32,000 bases of DNA from Candidatus Electronema halotolerans (GTDB taxonomy: Bacteria; Desulfobacterota; Desulfobulbia; Desulfobulbales; Desulfobulbaceae): positions 3,090,001 through 3,122,000 of the forward strand of contig OW818675.1 of NCBI GenBank assembly GCA_942493095.1, written 5' to 3'. Made by a program: the position numbers and the translations under genes. This document shows positions 1-9,506 of this stretch, one piece after another. Numbering within the stretch: the stretch's first letter is position 1; every line of letters begins with the position of its first letter. Under the pieces are notes generated by a model that worked only from the letters and a program-made list of their open reading frames with translations, searched no databases and had not been told where the DNA came from.

Positions 1-732
1 GCCAATGCCTTTGGCCAAGGCGGCAACATCTGCGCCGACCGCCTCGCACACGGCAGCAATCTCGTTGATGAAGCTGATCTTCACGGCCAAGAAGGCATTG
101 GCCGCATACTTGGTCAGCTCGGCTGTTTCAACAGAGGTGCTGACAACCGGGGTTTCCCGCAGATAGAGCGGTTTGTAAATCTCCCGCAGCACTTGCTCTG
201 ACCGCTCTGACTCCACGCCGATCACCACCCGGTCTGGGCGCATGAAATCAGCAATGGCCGCGCCTTCACGGAGAAATTCAGGATTGGAGGCCACGTCAAA
301 GTCCGCCTCTGGATTGGCCTCCCGGATGATTCGGGCCACCTGCCGGGCCGTGCCCACCGGCACCGTGCTTTTGTCAACAATCACCGTATAGCCGCGCAGG
401 CTGGCCGCAATTTCCTTGGCTGCCGCATAGATGTAGCTCAGATCAGCGTAGCCGTCACCGCGCCGGGAGGAGGGTGTGCCCACCGCAATAAACACCGCCT
501 CAGCCTCTGGCACCGCTTCCTCCAGCTTGGCCGTGAAACGGAGACGGCCCTCAGCGACATTTTTGGCCACCATGACATCTAAGCCCGGTTCATAGATCGG
601 AATCTGCCCCTGCCGCAGCCGGTCGATCTTATCTTGGATTTTATCCACACAGACCACATCGTGGCCGAATTCAGCAAAACAGGTGCCAGTGACAAGGCCG
701 ACGTAGCCAGTGCCGATCATTGCTATTTTCAT
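1..732 (-). CDS. Nucleotide-sugar dehydrogenase (UDP-glucose 6-dehydrogenase-like), 3' end off the window
   Basis: Minus-strand translation starts MKIAMIGTGYVGLVTGTCFAEFGHDVVCVDKIQDKIDRLRQGQIPIYEPGLD; N-terminal GxGYVGL Rossmann motif and IPIYEPGL are typical of the UDPGDH family. Start codon CAT complement at 730..732. Confidence 0.9.
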   Translation of the reverse strand, partial: MKIAMIGTGYVGLVTGTCFAEFGHDVVCVDKIQDKIDRLRQGQIPIYEPGLDVMVAKNVAEGRLRFTAKLEEAVPEAEAVFIAVGTPSSRRGDGYADLSYIYAAAKEIAASLRGYTVIVDKSTVPVGTARQVARIIREANPEADFDVASNPEFLREGAAIADFMRPDRVVIGVESERSEQVLREIYKPLYLRETPVVSTSVETAELTKYAANAFLAVKISFINEIAAVCEAVGADVAALAKGIG

Positions 733-973
733 CTATACCCTTCCTTTCTTCAGAAGTCTTTTTCACAGTTCAGGAAACACATTCTTCTACCTGAGAATGC
801 TGATGCCGCACCAGTGCTGACAATTCCATTGACACAGCCGTAATCGTGTCTTAATCTGCCCGAATAGAGAAGCAGCCTTCCTCTTGTTTTCCCGTTTCAC
901 AAGAGAATCAGCATGAGCACGAGACAATGGCGGTCTCAAGCGCAGCAGGCCGCAATACGCAATATAATTGATT

Positions 974-1804
974 ATGCCTGACATAACACCAAGACTGCCT
1001 GCGACAGATTGGAGCAGCGGAATGCGGCGGCACTGGCTGAACAACGACCCGTCAGCCACCCATGTATTCAACGCCTGCTCGCTGATGGTTCCTCAGGCGG
1101 AGCGTTTCTTTATCAACGCAGTCCGCAACATGATGCAGATGCAATGCGCAAACCAGCTCCCGGCGGACTTGAACCGCTCAGTCAAGGATTTTCTCGCCCA
1201 AGAGGCCGTCCATACCAGCCAGCATCGTCAGTGCAATGCCATTCTGGAATCCTTTGGCTGGACAAGCCGCGCCCAGCAGGCAGCAAACTGGTTTGCGAAT
1301 CAGGCGCAGCAACGCATTTCACCGCTGAATCAGCTGGCCTTGGTCTGCGGCTGCGAGCACTGGACAGCAGTCATCGGCCTGCACCTGCTGGAAAAACCGC
1401 AGATTCTGGCTGCTGCTGACAGCGGCGTGGCTCTGCTCTGGAGCTGGCACGCAGCTGAGGAAATTGAGCACAGAGCCGTCTGCTTTGATCTGTATTTGGC
1501 AGTCGGCGGCGGATGGTTGCGGCGGGTTCTCGCCCTGCCGCTGGTAACTGCTGTCTGCGCTGTCATCTATTTTTGGCTGCTTTTTTCCCTGCTGCGGCAG
1601 GATGGCTGCCTGCGTCCCAGCAGACTCATGGCCACGCTGCGCAGCCTGTTCCGTTTTTTTTTCGGCCAAGCTGGCATGGCTTGGGCAGTCTTGCGCTCCG
1701 GCCTGGCGTGGCTGCGCCCCAGCTTTCATCCAGGCTGCGAGGAGCGCATACCGGTGCTGGAACAGTGGATAAACCAGCATCAGGACCAATTTCGCGGAGT
1801 TTAA
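974..1804 (+). CDS. Predicted metal-dependent hydrolase-like protein (PF10118-type family)
   Basis: ORF of about 277 aa (TTG at 968 or ATG at 974) with ...KDFLAQEAVHTSQHRQCN..., ...WHAAEEIEHRAVCFDLY..., the spaced E/H helical motifs of the predicted metal-dependent hydrolase family. Confidence 0.7.
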   Translation: MPDITPRLPATDWSSGMRRHWLNNDPSATHVFNACSLMVPQAERFFINAVRNMMQMQCANQLPADLNRSVKDFLAQEAVHTSQHRQCNAILESFGWTSRAQQAANWFANQAQQRISPLNQLALVCGCEHWTAVIGLHLLEKPQILAAADSGVALLWSWHAAEEIEHRAVCFDLYLAVGGGWLRRVLALPLVTAVCAVIYFWLLFSLLRQDGCLRPSRLMATLRSLFRFFFGQAGMAWAVLRSGLAWLRPSFHPGCEERIPVLEQWINQHQDQFRGV

Positions 1805-1830
1805 GAAACTGCGCAGGCTGCTGACCTGAG

Positions 1831-2517
1831 TCAGCTTCTTTCCCCAAAAATCGCCGTGCCGATGCGGATCATGGTTGCCCCTTCCTCAACAGCGACGACA
1901 AAATCTCCAGACAAGCCCATTGACAACTCCACTGCGCTGTTGTCATAAAACAGCTCCTCTTCGGCCAACTGCACGGAAAGCTGCTTCACGGTGCGGAACC
2001 AGAGACGGCTTTTCTCTGGTTCGTGGTCATAAGGCGGCATGGTCATCAGGCCACGCACCCGCAGATGGGCCAGCGGCTGCATGTCCCGGAGCAGCTCTTC
2101 AGTGTTCTCCGGCAGTGCCCCGGATTTCTGCGGCTCCTTGCCCACATTGACTTGGACCAGCACATCCAGGTGCTTGCCGAGCTGTTCGGCATGACTGTTC
2201 AAGGCGGCAGCGATTTTCAGCCGGTCAACAGTCTGAATCATCTGAAACAGCTCAACAGCTGCGGCAGCCTTGTTGCTCTGCAAATGGCCGATAAAATGCC
2301 ATTCCAACGGCTCTGCCGCCTGGCTGATTTTTTCCGCTGCCTCTTGGAGATAGTTTTCCCCAAACATAATCTGGCCGCAGGAATGCGCCGCTGCCACCCG
2401 GGCAGCGGAAACATGCTTGGACACAGCCACTATTTTCACTGCATCAGGATTTCTGCCAGTGCGCAAAGCCGCTTCACGGACCGTGCTGCGAATCTGCTCT
2501 ATATTGTCACAAATCAT
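1831..2517 (-). CDS. yggS: YggS family pyridoxal phosphate-binding/homeostasis protein
   Basis: 228 aa; KIVAVSKHVSA, GENYLQEAAEK, WHFIGHLQSNK, VQVNVGKEPQKSG, LRGLMTMPPY, LSMGLSGDFVVAVEEGATMIRIGTAIFGER are the hallmark YggS motifs. Confidence 0.95.
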   Translation of the reverse strand: MICDNIEQIRSTVREAALRTGRNPDAVKIVAVSKHVSAARVAAAHSCGQIMFGENYLQEAAEKISQAAEPLEWHFIGHLQSNKAAAAVELFQMIQTVDRLKIAAALNSHAEQLGKHLDVLVQVNVGKEPQKSGALPENTEELLRDMQPLAHLRVRGLMTMPPYDHEPEKSRLWFRTVKQLSVQLAEEELFYDNSAVELSMGLSGDFVVAVEEGATMIRIGTAIFGERS

Positions 2518-2535
2518 AGCTGCATCTCTAAAAAA

Positions 2536-3942
2536 TCAGTTCGCCCTGCCATAGACATCATCAAAGCGGACAATGTCATCCTCGCCCAGATAGCTGCCGA
2601 TCTGAATCTCGATCAGCTCCAGTGGAATCACGCCGGGATTTTCCAGTCGATGGACCGTGCCGAGCGGAATATAAGTTGACTCGTCCTCGCGAAGCAGCAG
2701 GCTTTGGCCGCCGTTTTCCACCTTGGCCGTGCCGCGCACCACCACCCAGTGCTCGTGGCGATGATGGTGCATCTGCGAGGAAAGCCGGGCACCGGGGGCA
2801 ACAGTGATCCGCTTGATCTGAAAGCGGTCATGCAGCTCCAAAGTGGTGTAGCTGCCCCAAGGCCGATACACGGTGCAATGACTACGAAATTCGTCCCGCT
2901 GCTTTTCTTTGAGTTGATTGACAATCTTCTTGATGTCCTGCGAGCGGTTCAGCGGCGCAATCAGCACTGCGTCCGCTGTCTCGACCACCAAGGTGTCGCG
3001 CAGGCCGACTGCGGCCACCAGCTTATGTTCTGCACGAATCAGACAGTTGGCCGCATCCTCCAGCAGCACGTCGCCGCTGACCACATTGCCTTGCGCATCC
3101 TTGTCCGCCACCTCGTGCAGCGCGCTCCAAGAGCCAATGTCGCTCCAGCCAAAATCCGCCTCCACTGCCGCCGCGCAGGCGGTCTTCTCCATCAGGGCAT
3201 AATCCACAGACTTGGCAGGCGATTGCTGCATGGCTTGTTCATCAAAGCGGAAAAAAACGCCGTCCTTGCGGCCCTGCTTCACCGCCGTTTCCATGCAGCG
3301 AAGAATTTCCGGGGCATGAGCACGGAACTCAGCCAGCAGCTTGTCTGCCGGGAAGGCGAACATGCCGCTGTTCCAAAGCCAGCCGCCTTGGGCAAGATAC
3401 TGCTCTGCTGTGGCTGAATCAGGCTTCTCGACAAAGGATTCCACTGAGCCGTCCGCAGCCCGGCGGATGTAGCCGTAGCCAGTTTCAGGCCGATCCGGGA
3501 TGATGCCAAAGGTGGTCAGCCAGCCCTGTTCCGCCTGAGCACTTGCTCTGGCCACAGCCTGAACAAAATCATCAGGCCGGGCAATGAGGTGATCCGCAGG
3601 CAGAACTAAGAGCAGGATGTCCTCCTGTGCCTGCTGGCGGAGATGCAGGGCCGCGCCGCAGACTGCCGGTGCCGTGTCCTTGCCCAGCGGCTCCAAAAGA
3701 ATCTGATAATCAGCAAAAAGATGCAGCTCCTCAACTTGGCTCTTGGTGAGAAAGCGGTGCTCCTCGCCGACCACAATCACCGGCGGCAGCACTTCCGGCA
3801 GCAGGCTGACCCGGAGCAAGGTGGTCTGGAGCAGGGAATGCTCGCCAATCAGACAGAGCAGCTGCTTGGGGTACAGCTCGCGGGAAAGCGGCCAGAGACG
3901 GGTGCCGGTGCCGCCGGCAAGAATAACAGGCTGGATGCGCAT
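2536..3942 (-). CDS. manC: Mannose-1-phosphate guanylyltransferase / mannose-6-phosphate isomerase
   Basis: 468 aa; MRIQPVILAGGTGTRLWPLSRELYPKQ, FVEKP, WNSGMF, SVDYALMEKT, C-terminal cupin ..RPWGSYTTLELHDRFQIKRITVAPGARLSSQMHHHRHEHWVVVRGTA. Confidence 0.95.
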   Translation of the reverse strand: MRIQPVILAGGTGTRLWPLSRELYPKQLLCLIGEHSLLQTTLLRVSLLPEVLPPVIVVGEEHRFLTKSQVEELHLFADYQILLEPLGKDTAPAVCGAALHLRQQAQEDILLLVLPADHLIARPDDFVQAVARASAQAEQGWLTTFGIIPDRPETGYGYIRRAADGSVESFVEKPDSATAEQYLAQGGWLWNSGMFAFPADKLLAEFRAHAPEILRCMETAVKQGRKDGVFFRFDEQAMQQSPAKSVDYALMEKTACAAAVEADFGWSDIGSWSALHEVADKDAQGNVVSGDVLLEDAANCLIRAEHKLVAAVGLRDTLVVETADAVLIAPLNRSQDIKKIVNQLKEKQRDEFRSHCTVYRPWGSYTTLELHDRFQIKRITVAPGARLSSQMHHHRHEHWVVVRGTAKVENGGQSLLLREDESTYIPLGTVHRLENPGVIPLELIEIQIGSYLGEDDIVRFDDVYGRAN

Positions 3943-3954
3943 GATGGCTTGTAA

Positions 3955-4554
3955 TTATTCAGTAATGCTCTTGAACTGCTTGAAGAGAATCAATCCGCCC
4001 CATGCCAGGGCCGCGCACATCAGGAGAACAGCAAGCAGATGGCTGGCTTGGGCAATGGCCGTGTCCTGCTGGCGCAGGCCGGTCTCGGTGAGCAGGTATT
4101 CCCAGTCATGAAAGCCATAAGGTGAACTTTGGCCCGTGTTGCCGCCGAGCAGGGGCAGGACTCCGGCTCGCGCATCATTGATGTACGGGGCAATGTCAGC
4201 AAAATTCTGGCCAAACCACCAGAAGCAGACGCTTGCGCCAAAAGCATCGCGGGTGCGGAGCAGGAGCGTGATCAGGCAGATCAGCGGCATGAGCAGCTGG
4301 CCCAAGGTGCCGCCCAGCGAGTGCAGAAAGCTGCCGCCAATTTGAAAAAAAACATGGCCTGCCTCGTGAAAGGGCAGGTTCACCAGATGGAAAAATCGTT
4401 CGCCGAGATAGCCAGTATAGCCTGCCTTTTTTCCAGCAGCGGCAATGGAGATTGTGCAGACCACGAGACAGAGCAGAAGCAGGCTGCGGGCGGCGGCGGC
4501 CAGCCAAGAGGTTTCTAGCTGATCAGGAAAAAGGATCTCCAGCAATTTGTTCAT
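3955..4554 (-). CDS. Membrane protein with HEAGH zinc-peptidase-like motif (M50-like), function unknown
   Basis: 199 aa, several hydrophobic helices, NLPFHEAGHVFFQIGGSFLHSLGGTLGQLLMPL and a downstream NFADIAPYINDAR segment. Confidence 0.6.
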   Translation of the reverse strand: MNKLLEILFPDQLETSWLAAAARSLLLLCLVVCTISIAAAGKKAGYTGYLGERFFHLVNLPFHEAGHVFFQIGGSFLHSLGGTLGQLLMPLICLITLLLRTRDAFGASVCFWWFGQNFADIAPYINDARAGVLPLLGGNTGQSSPYGFHDWEYLLTETGLRQQDTAIAQASHLLAVLLMCAALAWGGLILFKQFKSITE

Positions 4555-4569
4555 GGAATCAGGAGCATT

Positions 4570-5055
4570 TCAGCAGAAGGTTCCGGCCTGAATGTCGATC
4601 ACCTCGAATTCGCGCAGACCGCCCGGTGTTTTGACCTGCACCTCATCGCCCACCGCCTTGCCCAGAATGGAGCGTCCCAGCGGCGCAAGCACTGAGATGG
4701 AGCCGCTTTTCACATCCGCCTCTTCCGGCCCCAAGAGCTGGTAGGTGACTTCCTCATCCGTGTCCATGTCCATCAGTTTGATAACTGTGCCGAAAACAGC
4801 CCGCGCTGTGCTGACTTTGGTGCAGTCAATCACTTCAGCGCGACTCGTTTTATCTTTCAGCTCCAGTATCCGGCCCTCAATCAGGCTCTGCCGCTCCTTG
4901 GCCGCATGATACTCGGCATTCTCGCTCAGATCGCCATGAGCGCGGGCTGTCTCAATCGCCTTGACCACGTCGGGCCGTTCTGTTTTTTCCAGCCGCTCCA
5001 GTTCTTTTTTGAGCTGGAGGAATCCTTTCTTGGACATGGGGATGCGTTCAACCAT
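4570..5055 (-). CDS. greA: Transcription elongation factor GreA
   Basis: 161 aa; LKKELERLEKTERPDVVKAIETARAHGDLSENAEYHAAKERQSLIEGRI and SPLGRSILGKAVGD-like C-terminus (LAPLGRSILGKAVGDEVQV). Confidence 0.97.
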   Translation of the reverse strand: MVERIPMSKKGFLQLKKELERLEKTERPDVVKAIETARAHGDLSENAEYHAAKERQSLIEGRILELKDKTSRAEVIDCTKVSTARAVFGTVIKLMDMDTDEEVTYQLLGPEEADVKSGSISVLAPLGRSILGKAVGDEVQVKTPGGLREFEVIDIQAGTFC

Positions 5056-5151
5056 GATGCGGCACTCTTTCTCGTTCGTTTGTTGCGGAAGAAAATAAAA
5101 TTCCTGTCGTCGGAAAGGCGGCGGCAGGAAAACTGTCTTGTTTAATCAGGT

Positions 5152-6339
5152 TCAGGAGCGGTAAAAGTCTGCAATGACTTGGACGGCATATTCCTGCTGT
5201 GCCCGGCTCAGTTCAGGATAGATGGGCAGGGCCAAGGAATCTTGAGCCGCCTGCTCGGCTATCGGCAGGGACAGCCCGTTGCAGCCATGCTGTTTCATGC
5301 AGTCCTGCTTGTGCAGGCAAACCGGGTAATAGACCTCGCAGCCCACGCCCTGCTCGTGCATAAGCTGGCGCAGGGCATCACGGCGCGGGGCACGGATGAC
5401 AAACTGGTTGTAAATATGGTGATGATGCGCAGCCGCTTCCGGGCTGGCCGCATGAACCGCCTTGGGCAAAATCACTGGATTGTCTGTCAGACCGGCTTGG
5501 GCGAACAGCTCGTGATAGGCTTGACTGTTGGCTTGCCGCTGCCGGTGCCATTGCTCCAGATGGGGCAGCTTGACGCTGAGAACCGCAGCCTGAATGGGAT
5601 CAAGGCGGAAGTTGCCGCCAATTTTGGCGTGATAGTATTTCGGCTTGGCTCCGTGATTGCGATAGCAGCGCAGGGTCTCAGCAAAGCTGCTGTCCGAGGT
5701 GACAATCATGCCGCCGTCGCCAAGACAGCCAAGATTCTTTGACGGAAAAAAGGAGAAACAGCCTGCCAGCCCCATTGCCCCAGCCCTGCGCCAGACCGTG
5801 CTGCCGTCCTGCGCCAGCATGGGATATTCCGCGCCGATTGCCTGGGCTGCATCCTCAATCACCGGGATGTTATATTGCTCGGCCAAAGCCATGATCCGGC
5901 TCATGTTCGCGCACTGACCAAAGAGATGCACCGGAATAATAGCTTTGATCTTCCGGCCCTGCTTGGCATCTTCTGCCAGAATCTCAGCCATCTGCTCAGG
6001 GTCAATATTGAAAGTGTCCGCTTCAATATCCGCAAAGACCGGCTGCGCCCCAACTCGAAGAATGGCCCCGACCGTGGCAAAAAAGCTGTAAGGCGTGGTC
6101 AGCACCTGATCGCCCGGCCCGATTTCTAAAGCCATCAAGGCGGCCAGCAGGGCATCCGTGCCGCTCGACACGCCAATGCCCGCGCCCGCGCTGCAATAGG
6201 CTGCGACTTCCTCTTCCAGCTTCACGACCTTGGGGCCGAGAATGTAGCGGGTCGAGTCGATAACTTCAGTGACAGCGTGGAGGATTTCCTCACGAAGGGC
6301 CGCAATCTGCGGGTGCAGGTCTAACAGGGGAACGTTCAT
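5152..6339 (-). CDS. DegT/DnrJ/EryC1/StrS family PLP-dependent aminotransferase
   Basis: 395 aa; VPLLDLHPQIAALREEI, GVSSGTDALLAALMAL, VIEDAAQAIGAEY, FSFFPSKNLGCLGDGGMIVTSD, GGNFRLDPIQAAVLSVKL. Confidence 0.95.
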   Translation of the reverse strand: MNVPLLDLHPQIAALREEILHAVTEVIDSTRYILGPKVVKLEEEVAAYCSAGAGIGVSSGTDALLAALMALEIGPGDQVLTTPYSFFATVGAILRVGAQPVFADIEADTFNIDPEQMAEILAEDAKQGRKIKAIIPVHLFGQCANMSRIMALAEQYNIPVIEDAAQAIGAEYPMLAQDGSTVWRRAGAMGLAGCFSFFPSKNLGCLGDGGMIVTSDSSFAETLRCYRNHGAKPKYYHAKIGGNFRLDPIQAAVLSVKLPHLEQWHRQRQANSQAYHELFAQAGLTDNPVILPKAVHAASPEAAAHHHHIYNQFVIRAPRRDALRQLMHEQGVGCEVYYPVCLHKQDCMKQHGCNGLSLPIAEQAAQDSLALPIYPELSRAQQEYAVQVIADFYRS

Positions 6340-6360
6340 TGTCGGCTTATGATAGAAGGT

Positions 6361-7362
6361 TCAGTGGAACTCTGCGCTGACTGAATCAGCCTGCCCGGCG
6401 GCAAGAAAGTCGCGGGCATCAGGCAGTTCTTTTTCAAATATGTCTTTCAGCTTTTTCAAGAGATTGGCCTCAATTTGCCGGACCCGCTCCCGCGAAATCT
6501 GAAAGCGGTCAGCAATGGTCTGGAGAGTCTCCGGCTCATCACTGAGCAGGCGGCTGTTGAGTATCAGCAGCTCTTTTTCATTGAGCATCCCTTCGATCTC
6601 GTTGAGAAGATTGAAGACCCGGTCGCGAATTTCATGACCGGCCACAATATCCTCAACCGCCGGGCCGCTGGCTGGATAGAAATTTTTTTGCTCGTCCTCT
6701 GAATCGCCCAGCACCGGAGCTTCCAAGGAGACTTCCCAGCTGTCCATACGCTGGCCCATCTCCACCACTTCGCTTTCCTTGACCTGAAGACGCTGGGCCA
6801 GCAGCTTGACATCCGGCTTGAAGCCTTGCGCCTCCAACAGCTTTTTTTCCTTATTCAGGCTGAAAAAGAGCCGCCGCTGGTTCTGGGTGGTGCCAATCTT
6901 CACCAGCCGCCAGTTGTCCATGATGAACTTGAGGATATAGGCCCGAATCCAATAGGCAGCATAATACGAGAACTTGACCCCCCGGTAGGGATCAAATTTT
7001 TTGGTCGCCTGCACCAGCCCGACATTGCCTTCCTGGACCAAGTCCATGAAGTTCTGCATCCAGTATTTCTGGAAATCCATGGCCACCTTGACCACCAGCC
7101 GCAGGTTGGAGGAAACCAAACGGTAGGCCGCCTCCGGGTCGCCGGTTTCGCGGAAGCGGATGGACAGCTCCTCGGTCTCCTCGCGGGAAAGCAGCTCGTA
7201 CTGGCTGATCTCCTGCAAATAGCGGTGCAGGGCCGGGTTGCTGACCGCAGGGAGCTGCTCGTCCGCAGGGGACGCAACCAGCATCACAGGGTGGTAAACC
7301 TGCTTCTCCTTCAGTTCTGCCTCAACAATGTTGTTTTCCTTGTTTTCGCTCATAAACGGCAC
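6361..7362 (-). CDS. rpoH: Sigma-70 family RNA polymerase factor, RpoH-like
   Basis: 333 aa; LHRYLQEISQYELLSREETEELSIRF, SSNLRLVVKVAMDFQKYWMQNFMDLVQEGNVGLVQATKKFDPYRGVKFSYYAAYWIRAYIL, terminal HTH QTIADRFQISRERVRQIEANLLKKLK. Starts at 7362 or at internal MSENK (7353). Confidence 0.85.
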   Translation of the reverse strand: MPFMSENKENNIVEAELKEKQVYHPVMLVASPADEQLPAVSNPALHRYLQEISQYELLSREETEELSIRFRETGDPEAAYRLVSSNLRLVVKVAMDFQKYWMQNFMDLVQEGNVGLVQATKKFDPYRGVKFSYYAAYWIRAYILKFIMDNWRLVKIGTTQNQRRLFFSLNKEKKLLEAQGFKPDVKLLAQRLQVKESEVVEMGQRMDSWEVSLEAPVLGDSEDEQKNFYPASGPAVEDIVAGHEIRDRVFNLLNEIEGMLNEKELLILNSRLLSDEPETLQTIADRFQISRERVRQIEANLLKKLKDIFEKELPDARDFLAAGQADSVSAEFH

Positions 7363-7419
7363 CGTGTTCGGCAGGAAAGCCTGATGGAGCCAGCTTACCG
7401 CATTCTGCTGAAAAAATCA

Positions 7420-7456
7420 CGCAATACAAAGGAAAAACCTGAGCCGCACTGTATTG
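7420..7456. promoter_or_regulatory. Inverted repeat GCAATACA-N21-TGTATTGC in the divergent rpoH/lepA intergenic region
   Basis: 8-nt perfect arms at 7420..7427 and 7449..7456; location suggests an operator or hairpin only. Confidence 0.25.
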
Positions 7457-7545
7457 CTTGAAAAAGTTTACAATTCATTATATTTATACAACCCTGTTCT
7501 TCAGGGATTCAAAGTAAACCTTTTTCAACCAACATACAAGCAAAT

Positions 7546-9339
7546 ATGAAAAATATACGGAATTTCAGCGTCATTGCCCATATCGACCACGGCAAGTCAA
7601 CCTTGTCCGACCGGATGATTCAGCTCTGCGGCCTGGTCACAGCACGGGAGTTCAAGGACCAGCTCTTGGACAACATGGACATTGAACGCGAGCGCGGCAT
7701 CACCATCAAGAGCCAGACCATCTGCATGCCCTACAAGGCCAAGGACGGCCAGCAGTATTACCTGAATTTGGTTGACACGCCCGGCCACGTGGATTTCAGC
7801 TACGAGGTCTCCCGTGCTTTAGCAGCCTGCGAGGGCGCGCTGCTGCTGGTGGATGCGGCCCAAGGCGTGGAGGCCCAGACCTTGGCCAACCTCTACTTGG
7901 CGATGGAGAACGACTTGGAGATCATCCCGGTGATCAACAAGATCGACCTGCCTGCGGCTGAACCGGAAAAGGTGGCTGAAGAGATCAGTCATGACTTGGG
8001 CTTGGGATCGGACACCATCCAGCTCTGCTCGGCTAAGACGGGCAAAGGTGTTGAGGACATACTTGAGGCTATCGTCCAGCACCTGCCGCCGCCCAAAGGC
8101 GACCCCAATGCGCCGCTGGAAGCTCTGATTTTTGATGCCAACTATGATGCCTACCGGGGCACGGTCATCTCGGTGCGGATTGTCAACGGCACCATCCGCA
8201 CTGGCGACCTGATCACCTTTATGCACAATAAGTCCGAGTACCGCGTCGAGGAATTGGGCCAGTACCTGCTCGTTCGCACCCCGCGTGAGAGCCTGAGCGC
8301 AGGTCAGATCGGCTACATCATTGCGGGCGTGAAAACCGTTGCTGACACCAAGCCTGGCGACACCATCACCCATAAAGCCGCACCCTGCCCAAAGGCACTG
8401 CCCGGCTTCAAGGAGGCCCAGCAGGTGGTCTTCTCCTCAATATATCCCATTTCTGCGGACGACTACGAGGACTTAGCCACGGCTTTGGAAAAGCTCCAGC
8501 TCAACGATGCGGCCCTGACCTTTCAGAAGGACTCATCCGCCGCACTTGGCTTCGGCTTCCGCTGCGGCTTCCTTGGCCTGCTCCACTTGGAAGTAGTGCA
8601 GGAGCGGATTGAGCGCGAGTTTGACATCTCGATCATTCTGACCGTGCCTTCTGTGCGCTATGCCGTGTATCTCCAGAACGGCGTGGAGAAGATGATCGAC
8701 AACCCTTCGTTTTTTCCTGATCCCGGCTCGATTGAGCGGATTGAGGAGCCGTACATCAAGGCCACGATTCTCATCCCTGACCGCTACATGGGCACCTTGA
8801 TGACCCTCTGCATGGAACGGCGCGGCGAGAATATCCACTACCATTATCCCACACCGGGCCGAATTGAGATGACTTGCGAGCTGCCGCTGGCCGAGGTGAT
8901 TTATGACTTCTACGACAAGCTCAAGTCCATCACTCAAGGCTATGGTTCCTTTGATTATGAACTGCTGGATTACCGGCCCAGTGATCTGGTCAAGCTGGAT
9001 ATTTTGGTCAATGGCGAACGGGTGGATGCGCTCTCTCAGCTCACCCATCGGCAGCGTTCTCGCGAGCGCGGCCTCAAGGCGTGCGAAAGCCTCAAGGACG
9101 AGATTCCCCGGCAGATGTTCAAGATTGCTATTCAGGCGGCCATTGGCGGCAACGTCATTGCCCGGACAAACATCTCGGCCATGCGCAAGGATGTCACGGC
9201 CAAATGCTATGGCGGCGACATCAGCCGCAAGCGCAAGTTGTTGGAAAAGCAGAAGGCGGGTAAGAAGCGGATGAAGACTGTCGGCAATGTCGATATTCCG
9301 CAGTCGGCGTTTCTGTCGGTGTTGAAGTCAGAGCAGTAA
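7546..9339 (+). CDS. lepA: Elongation factor 4 (LepA)
   Basis: 597 aa; NIRNFSVIAHIDHGKSTLSDRMIQ, ERERGITIKSQT, DTPGHVDFSYEVSR, NKIDLPAAEP, conserved C-terminus GGDISRKRKLLEKQKAGKKRMKTVGNVDIPQSAFLSVL. Confidence 0.98.
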   Translation: MKNIRNFSVIAHIDHGKSTLSDRMIQLCGLVTAREFKDQLLDNMDIERERGITIKSQTICMPYKAKDGQQYYLNLVDTPGHVDFSYEVSRALAACEGALLLVDAAQGVEAQTLANLYLAMENDLEIIPVINKIDLPAAEPEKVAEEISHDLGLGSDTIQLCSAKTGKGVEDILEAIVQHLPPPKGDPNAPLEALIFDANYDAYRGTVISVRIVNGTIRTGDLITFMHNKSEYRVEELGQYLLVRTPRESLSAGQIGYIIAGVKTVADTKPGDTITHKAAPCPKALPGFKEAQQVVFSSIYPISADDYEDLATALEKLQLNDAALTFQKDSSAALGFGFRCGFLGLLHLEVVQERIEREFDISIILTVPSVRYAVYLQNGVEKMIDNPSFFPDPGSIERIEEPYIKATILIPDRYMGTLMTLCMERRGENIHYHYPTPGRIEMTCELPLAEVIYDFYDKLKSITQGYGSFDYELLDYRPSDLVKLDILVNGERVDALSQLTHRQRSRERGLKACESLKDEIPRQMFKIAIQAAIGGNVIARTNISAMRKDVTAKCYGGDISRKRKLLEKQKAGKKRMKTVGNVDIPQSAFLSVLKSEQ

Positions 9340-9506
9340 TATGAACAGGCCGTTTTTCGCCGGGCGTATGGCAGATATTGCCCGGCTCATGGCTTTGGCA
9401 GGGTAGGCTTTTGTTTGGAAAGGATGCGTACAGGAAAAGGGATTTTTTTGCAGGAGTATGGTAAGAATGCGCTAAACAATGCTCGCCGTTTTCGCTCACA
9501 TCCGCA

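Noticed and set aside
787-1071. 94-aa minus-strand ORF upstream of and overlapping the metal-dependent hydrolase gene
   Set aside because: Overlaps the start of a better-supported gene and I recognise no domain. I considered a transposase remnant but found no supporting motif or terminal repeats.
2704-3417. 237-aa plus-strand ORF antisense to manC
   Set aside because: Shadow ORF over a confidently identified gene.
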